A stretch of 64,000 nt of DNA from an uncultured Candidatus Saccharibacteria bacterium (GTDB lineage Bacteria; Patescibacteriota; Minisyncoccia; Phycocordibacterales; CAIZLB01), in assembly GCA_964520195.1 (NCBI GenBank), contig CAZFNX010000002.1:2884-66883 (forward strand), read 5' to 3'. Each line of letters begins with the position of its first letter. Positions within the stretch are counted from its first letter, which is position 1. The translations under genes were made by a program, and so were the position numbers. Positions 58,635-64,000 of the stretch are shown one piece after another. Below the pieces are notes generated by a model, which searched no databases, was not told the origin of the DNA, and saw only the letters and a program-made list of their open reading frames with translations.

Positions 58635-61070
58635 TTATTTTCCTTCCACTTCAGTTTCAACCTTTTTAGACTTATGAGATGAAGTAGTCTTTTTAATATC
58701 AAACTTTAACTTTCCTTCTTTATCTAGATCTATCACGACTCGAGCATTTTCTCGAAGACCATCTGTAATCATCATAGATGCAAGAGGGGTAAGTATTTTT
58801 GATTGGATCAAACGACGAAGTGGTCGAGCACCGTACTGTGGACTATACCCTTCTTTAGCAAGATAATCATACACAGCTGGTTTGAACTCAAGAACAATCT
58901 CTTTTTCTGCAAGTCGAGCATGAATCTTCTGCACTTCAATATCAACAATCTTACGGATAGCCTCAGGACCAAGAACATCGAAGAGAATAATCTCATCGAT
59001 ACGGTTCAAAAACTCAGGCTTAAAGTTATCTTTCAAGGCACCCATAACTTTATCTTTCATACCATCATATGTTTGCTTATCATCATCTGATGATGCAAAA
59101 CCAATAGTCTGCATACGATCGATATACTGAGCACCGATATTTGATGTCATAATAATGATTGTATTTTTAAAGTTAACAGTTCTACCTTTTGAATCAGTAA
59201 GACGACCATTATCAAGTACTTGTAGAAGAATGTTGAAAATATCTGGATGAGCTTTTTCAATCTCATCAAAAAGAATCACTGAATATGGTTTGTGTTTTAC
59301 CTTATCAACAAGAGTTCCACTATCTTCGTGGCCAACATATCCTGGTGGTGCTCCAATAATCTTAGATACTGTATGTCTCTCACCGTACTCAGACATGTCT
59401 ACTCGAATCAAAGATTTTTCATCGTTAAACATAAACTGTGCAAGCGCTTTTGTAAGTTCTGTCTTTCCTACTCCGGTTGGACCAAGGAATATAAATGAAC
59501 CTATAGGACGAAGTGGATCATGAATACCAACTCGTGATCGTTTAATCGTATCAACAACACGTTTTACTGCATCATCTTGACCTATCACTTGACCTTTCAA
59601 AACATCTTCCATACGAGCAAGTTTTGAAACTTCTTCCTCAAGCATACTTGTCACAGGAATACCTGTCCATCGAGCAACTACATGAGCAATATCAGCTTCA
59701 TTAATCTCTTCTTTCAAAACTCGTTTTTTAGTATCAAGCTTATGAAGTTTCTTAAGTTTACTTTCGAGATCTTTTTCAAGAAGAGGTAGTTTACCATATC
59801 GAATCTCAGCCGCCTTAGATAGATCAGCTCGAGCCTCTGCTCGTTCAGCTTCTTGTCGAAGTGTTTCCATCATTTTTTTAATATCTTTGATTGCATTGAT
59901 AGATTCTTTTTCGTTGATCCATTTTGCCTCAACATCCTTAATACCATCTTTAACTTCAGCTATACTGTCTTCAATATCTTTAATACGATCTTTAGTTACT
60001 TTATTTTCAGGATCCTTAAGAAGTGCTTCACGCTCTATCTCAAGACGCATAATCTTTCTATGCGCATCTTCAACTGCTTGTGGTTTATTTTCCAAAGATA
60101 TCTTAAGTGTTGATGCAGCTTCATCTATGAGATCGACTGCTTTATCAGGAAGTTGTCTATCTGTAATATATCGAGCTGAAAGTTTTACTGCAGCAACAAT
60201 AGCTTCATCAAGAATACGTACTCCATGGAACAATTCATATTTATCTTTTAATCCTCGAAGAATTGCAGTTGCATCTTCAATACTTGGTTCATCAACATAT
60301 ACAGGTTGAAAACGTCTTTGTAATGCAGGATCTTTTTCAATATGTTTTTGATATTCGCGAAGTGTTGTTGCACCTATAGCCTTAAGCTCACCTCGAGCAA
60401 GTGCAGGCTTTAGCATGTTTGATGCATCAAGTGACCCTTCTGCTCCACCTGCCCCCATAATAGTATGAGTCTCATCTATAAAAAGAATAACTCGACCATC
60501 TGCCTTTTCTATTTCTTTTAAAATATTTTTCAAACGATCTTCGAACTCACCTCTATACTTTGTACCAGCGACAAGTGAACCCATATCAAGAGATAGAAGC
60601 TCTTTATCTTTCAGAGACTCTGGAACATCACCCAGTGCAATACGATTTGCAAGACCTTCAACAATAGCAGTCTTCCCTACTCCTGCTTCACCAAGAAGAA
60701 TAGGATTGTTCTTTGTTCGACGTGAGAGAATCTGTATCACACGAGAAATCTCAGAATCTCGACCAATCACAGGATCAAGTTTATGTTCACGAGCCAACGC
60801 TGTCAGGTTACGAGTATATTTTGTTAGAGCCTTAGTCTTTTTTCCTTCACCAGATTGTGTTACTGCACCCTGTCCTTTTTGAGCTTTGAGAGATTCGAGA
60901 ACTTTGAGACACCCTTCTTTGTCTATGTTAAATTTTTCAATCAACTCTCGAGCAGAGTTAAGTGAATCAAAAAATGCAATAAACAAATGTTCAACTGATA
61001 CAAAATTGTCTTTTGTCTGTGTAGCCACAATACCTGAAGATTCTATAACTGCAGCAAGTTCTGGAGTCAA
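58635..61070 (-). CDS. clpB: Chaperone ClpB, residues after an in-frame TAG (second N-domain repeat, NBD1, M-domain coiled coil, NBD2)
   Basis: Walker [10 protein letters not shown] and GPTGVGKTE, a long coiled-coil M domain, and sensor motifs. The track ORF begins at a TTG right after the TAG. Confidence 0.85.
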   Translation of the reverse strand: MTPELAAVIESSGIVATQTKDNFVSVEHLFIAFFDSLNSARELIEKFNIDKEGCLKVLESLKAQKGQGAVTQSGEGKKTKALTKYTRNLTALAREHKLDPVIGRDSEISRVIQILSRRTKNNPILLGEAGVGKTAIVEGLANRIALGDVPESLKDKELLSLDMGSLVAGTKYRGEFEDRLKNILKEIEKADGRVILFIDETHTIMGAGGAEGSLDASNMLKPALARGELKAIGATTLREYQKHIEKDPALQRRFQPVYVDEPSIEDATAILRGLKDKYELFHGVRILDEAIVAAVKLSARYITDRQLPDKAVDLIDEAASTLKISLENKPQAVEDAHRKIMRLEIEREALLKDPENKVTKDRIKDIEDSIAEVKDGIKDVEAKWINEKESINAIKDIKKMMETLRQEAERAEARADLSKAAEIRYGKLPLLEKDLESKLKKLHKLDTKKRVLKEEINEADIAHVVARWTGIPVTSMLEEEVSKLARMEDVLKGQVIGQDDAVKRVVDTIKRSRVGIHDPLRPIGSFIFLGPTGVGKTELTKALAQFMFNDEKSLIRVDMSEYGERHTVSKIIGAPPGYVGHEDSGTLVDKVKHKPYSVILFDEIEKAHPDIFNILLQVLDNGRLTDSKGRTVNFKNTIIIMTSNIGAQYIDRMQTIGFASSDDDKQTYDGMKDKVMGALKDNFKPEFLNRIDEIILFDVLGPEAIRKIVDIEVQKIHARLAEKEIVLEFKPAVYDYLAKEGYSPQYGARPLRRLIQSKILTPLASMMITDGLRENARVVIDLDKEGKLKFDIKKTTSSHKSKKVETEVEGK

Positions 61071-61076
61071 AAACAG

Positions 61077-61325
61077 CTAATATGCAGGACTAAGTGTATT
61101 TGAAGATTCACCGCCATCTATAGCCTCAAGAGCATTATCAAGCATCAAAGGAAAATCAACTTCCATCTTTTCAAGCATAGTAATAACCAAAGAATCCTCT
61201 TGATTGAGCAATGCAGCCAAAAGGTGCATAGGCTGAACATTTGTCTGCCCTCGTTCAATAGCAAGCTCGTGTGCACGGCGTATAGCCTCTTTTGCACGTG
61301 TAGTAAAATGATTCATATGTGGCAT
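61077..61325 (-). CDS. clpB: ClpB N-terminal domain fragment (first Clp_N repeat) ending at an in-frame TAG
   Basis: MNHFTTRAKEAIRRAHELAIERGQTNVQPMHLLAALLNQEDSLV is a canonical Clp_N repeat. It ends ...LSPAY-TAG and continues in frame as [14 protein letters not shown]... in the next ORF. Confidence 0.7.
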   Translation of the reverse strand: MPHMNHFTTRAKEAIRRAHELAIERGQTNVQPMHLLAALLNQEDSLVITMLEKMEVDFPLMLDNALEAIDGGESSNTLSPAY

Positions 61326-61502
61326 ATACTATGAGTATAACACAGATGTCAACCTTTCCAGGCCTTATGATTACTATATGATTACTATCTCATGGGTCGA
61401 AGGATATGTTGTATCTAGGAAATGGAAAAATATAAAAAAGCTCCCTTAGGCCACAGAAGCAGCAAAAGGGAGAGGGTGTTCAGGGGAAATACGTGAGAAA
61501 AA

Positions 61503-61982
61503 TTATTCTTGTTCTGGTTTGGTAGTGTCTCTGGGAAAGACGATAAACCACAGGCCTTTGATCAGATACCAAAGATATGAACCTACGATATTTAAACCAG
61601 TAACCACTAACAAGAAAACAATGAGCGAAAGATTACAACCCAACTTCACAGGCCAAAAAAGCATCATGAAAAGATAATACAAAACTTTGAGATAGTATTG
61701 TTTTCCATCGCTTATAAATAAAATTATGAGTGTTGTAAACTCTTGATCATCATTTTCCTTTTCCTTGATAAACATTCCTTGTGCCCAGCAAGTATCACGT
61801 TTAGCACTAGAAGAGTTTGCAAAACATAGAGGAAAAAGAATAAAGGCTACAGTGGAATCATTATGAGGCCTGGTCCACAAATTCCATGAATATCGAGCCA
61901 AGATATTGCCGAGAGAAAGGTAAACCAATGCCCAAAACAATACACTGTGATGCGTCAAACAAAAATCAAATAAATTGTTCAT
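61503..61982 (-). CDS. Hypothetical membrane protein
   Basis: Start set at MNNLFDF. 4-5 TM helices. No family recognised. Confidence 0.35.
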   Translation of the reverse strand: MNNLFDFCLTHHSVLFWALVYLSLGNILARYSWNLWTRPHNDSTVAFILFPLCFANSSSAKRDTCWAQGMFIKEKENDDQEFTTLIILFISDGKQYYLKVLYYLFMMLFWPVKLGCNLSLIVFLLVVTGLNIVGSYLWYLIKGLWFIVFPRDTTKPEQE

Positions 61983-62128
61983 AATAATGTGCTCCTGAAT
62001 TGAATTTTCAAATAGTACATCAATCAGCACGGTGCCTTTTGATAGGTACAAAATACCACAAGAAAACATGGATAACAATCCCCTACAATCACAAGCATAT
62101 CATTGACACATATGGTATTATTGCACCC

Positions 62129-63238
62129 ATGAAAGACTACTATAAGACCCTTGGAGTAAAGAAAGATGCATCACAAGATGAGATCAAAAAGGCGTTTAGA
62201 AAACTCGCCCTCGAACATCACCCTGATAAAACAGGAGGTAAAGATGAAAAGTTTAAAGAGATCAACGAAGCATACAGCACCCTTTCGGACGAAAAGAAAC
62301 GAAAGCAATACGATATGTACGGATCAGACGGACCACAAAGTCGAGCCGGATATGGAGGAGGACAAGGATTTGGTGGATTTGATTTTTCTGGATTTCAACA
62401 AGGTCAAGGTGATATAGAGTTTGATCTTGGTGATATTTTTGGATCTATGTTTGGTGGAGGCCGTGGACGCGGAGGATCACGAGGTGGACGATCTCGAACA
62501 CGAGGGGCCGATATTGCAGTTGATGTTACACTTACATTTAAAGAATCAGCTCTTGGTATAGACAAACACATAGAGTACTCTCGCCATAAAGCATGTGAGA
62601 CATGTAAAGGAACAAAGGCAGAACCTGGTAGTGAGTTAAAAACCTGTAGTACGTGTAAAGGTAAAGGTAGTGTAACAAAAGTATCACGATCTATTTTTGG
62701 AAATGTAGAACAGGAATATGTATGTGACACCTGTGATGGTGCTGGCAAGATTCCAACAAAGTTGTGTCACACATGTAAAGGTGCTGGTATTACAAAACAA
62801 AAAGAATCTCTCACAGTACACATCCCTGCCGGTATACAAACAGGTGAATCACTTCGTGTACAAGGACGAGGTGAGGTTGAGGCGGGTTCTGGAAATATTG
62901 CTGGTGATTTATATATACGAGTACATGTTAAAGCAGATCCGGTGTTTACAAAAGAGAAAAGCACTGTATATATGACACAAACCATTCCCCTATCAGTTGC
63001 CCTTGCTGGAGGTGATGTAACAGTGCACAGTTTTGATCAAGATTTTACCTTAAGTGTTCCTGCAGGTGTTTCAAATATGGACATCCTTCGTGCACGAGAA
63101 AAAGGAGGAGTTATAGATAGCAATCGAGGCGGACATAAACATGGTGATATGTTGATTACCATCAAAGTAACTATGCCGAAAAAAGTTACGGCTGAAGTAA
63201 AACAAGCAGTGGAGCTGTTGAAGAAGGGTGGGTTTTAA
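62129..63238 (+). CDS. dnaJ: Molecular chaperone DnaJ
   Basis: J domain (DYYKTLGV...HPDK), G/F-rich region, four CxxCxGxG zinc-finger repeats, and a C-terminal substrate-binding domain. Start set at MKDYYK (ATG at 62129). Confidence 0.9.
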   Translation: MKDYYKTLGVKKDASQDEIKKAFRKLALEHHPDKTGGKDEKFKEINEAYSTLSDEKKRKQYDMYGSDGPQSRAGYGGGQGFGGFDFSGFQQGQGDIEFDLGDIFGSMFGGGRGRGGSRGGRSRTRGADIAVDVTLTFKESALGIDKHIEYSRHKACETCKGTKAEPGSELKTCSTCKGKGSVTKVSRSIFGNVEQEYVCDTCDGAGKIPTKLCHTCKGAGITKQKESLTVHIPAGIQTGESLRVQGRGEVEAGSGNIAGDLYIRVHVKADPVFTKEKSTVYMTQTIPLSVALAGGDVTVHSFDQDFTLSVPAGVSNMDILRAREKGGVIDSNRGGHKHGDMLITIKVTMPKKVTAEVKQAVELLKKGGF

Positions 63239-63408
63239 AAAGACTATTGACACTTATATCTATATTGATATAATAAAAAAACATTTTGGGGATTTCCCAC
63301 GACTTCACATAAGTGAAGGCAATCAATGAAGACTTTACATTATAGCTATGTAGAGTTTTTATTTTTTAAAATATAACTCTATCATTTTTTCATAAATTAT
63401 ATACTGAT

Positions 63409-63732
63409 TTAATTCATTAATCTTTTATAATCTATAATACGAATTTGATGCAGGCATAAAGTTGAAATTTTATATGACTGCTTAATTTGAACAAACCAAC
63501 TTCCTATTTTTATTTTTGATGTCATTGGAATACAGAGAAATAAAGTTAGGCTTAATTTTTTATAAATATATACAGGCCGAGCAAAATTGTCACCCTTACC
63601 ATTTATTTCACGTCCAACATTTTCGCCAATGTTTACCCACCAAATATCATGTTCTTGAACATATGGAGGCTTATATTTCCTGTCATCTATTTTATTTTTA
63701 ACTAGTATCCACTCTTTAAATTTTTTTATCAT
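63409..63732 (-). CDS. PemK/MazF-family toxin-like protein (solitary)
   Basis: 107 aa. ...DIWWVNIGENVGREINGKGDNFARPVYIYKK...IPMTSKIK...QIRIIDYKRL follows the MazF/PemK pattern (..W.v.f....G.E..k.RP.vv.....). No antitoxin-sized ORF is adjacent. Confidence 0.55.
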   Translation of the reverse strand: MIKKFKEWILVKNKIDDRKYKPPYVQEHDIWWVNIGENVGREINGKGDNFARPVYIYKKLSLTLFLCIPMTSKIKIGSWFVQIKQSYKISTLCLHQIRIIDYKRLMN

Positions 63733-63788
63733 GTAAACAATTTAACTAAGCCGTGTTAAATTTTTTACAAATAAAAAATAAATTTCTG

Positions 63789-63862
63789 AGCCAATGGCCG
63801 GAGTTGAACCGGCGACCTACTCCTTACCATGGAGTTGCTCTACCGCACTGAGCTACATCGGC
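63789..63862 (-). tRNA. tRNA-Thr (anticodon GGT)
   Basis: The reverse complement GCCGATGTAGCTCAGTGCGGTAGAGCAACTCCATGGTAAGGAGTAGGTCGCCGGTTCAACTCCGGCCATTGGCT gives anticodon loop ATGGTAA. Confidence 0.8.
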
Positions 63863-63913
63863 ATACGGATGAATATCCTCTTAGGATACTCACTTGAAAC
63901 TTGATTATACACT

Positions 63914-64000
63914 AGTCTCGTTTTCTCTCAAGATACACACTAATAGTTCTTCGTTTATGAGGTTTTCCATCTTTTGTCACATGCTTATATGAACGTATCA
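63914..64000 (-). CDS. 3' end of an unidentified gene running into the window end
   Basis: Open frame ...HVTKDGKPHKRRTISVYLERKRD-TAG on the minus strand. Too short to assign. Confidence 0.2.

Noticed and set aside
53817-61079. Amber (TAG) codon reassignment / pyrrolysine as an explanation for the in-frame TAGs
   Set aside because: TAG clearly terminates gatA, engB, ruvX and the P-loop gene at positions where protein alignments end. No tRNA with CUA anticodon and no pyl genes are in the window. Local read-through, pseudogenisation or sequence error are more parsimonious.
61347-61352. TTGACA -35 for clpB
   Set aside because: No acceptable -10 sits at the correct spacing before the MNHFT start. 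Promoter not called.

Overview
AT-rich (~35-38% GC) bacterial chromosomal window from a small-genome, monoderm-like organism: no secretin is present in the pilus locus and SD sites are weak or absent (lineage inferred, not proven). Almost all genes are on the minus strand. Contents in order: (1) a housekeeping backbone (PIF1-like helicase, ruvX, rnc, a nusB-NUDIX fusion, rpmF, dnaE, tgt, gatCA, ligA, a DEAD-box helicase, engB, rpmG, clpB, dnaJ) with eight tRNAs (Arg, Ser, two CAT-anticodon tRNAs, Trp, Tyr, Thr); (2) a csoR-copA copper-efflux operon with a membrane HMA protein and a secreted cupredoxin-like protein; the csoR promoter carries a Bacillus-type CsoR operator (GTATACCCCTAGGGGGTATC) between its -35 and -10; (3) a block of small detox/accessory genes (DUF1697, two VOC/glyoxalase proteins, DUF1761, NUDIX, an FAD-linked oxidase); (4) a large type IV pilus / competence locus (pilM-pilN-pilO-pilP-like, pilB, a CheY-like regulator, pilT, pilC, four prepilin-type pilins, comFC-like, pilD), flanked by unusual surface proteins: two tandem paralogous ~830-860 aa proteins with identical C-terminal tails, a protein with 14 Cys-bracketed repeats plus FN3 and a peptidoglycan-binding domain, and a GLUG-repeat/FN3/PG-binding protein; a second pilMNO(P)-like module lies at 2.3-4.8 kb. 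Main oddities: an in-frame TAG splits the GLUG surface protein gene and another splits clpB, although TAG is a normal stop elsewhere; a 33-nt direct repeat with tRNA-3'-end-like flanks brackets a single ORF next to tRNA-Trp (att-like remnant); a lone MazF/PemK-like toxin sits in an AT-rich islet at the 3' end of tRNA-Thr; GC-rich structured elements flank dnaE; and three islands have elevated GC. No CRISPR array and no IS/transposase were recognised.
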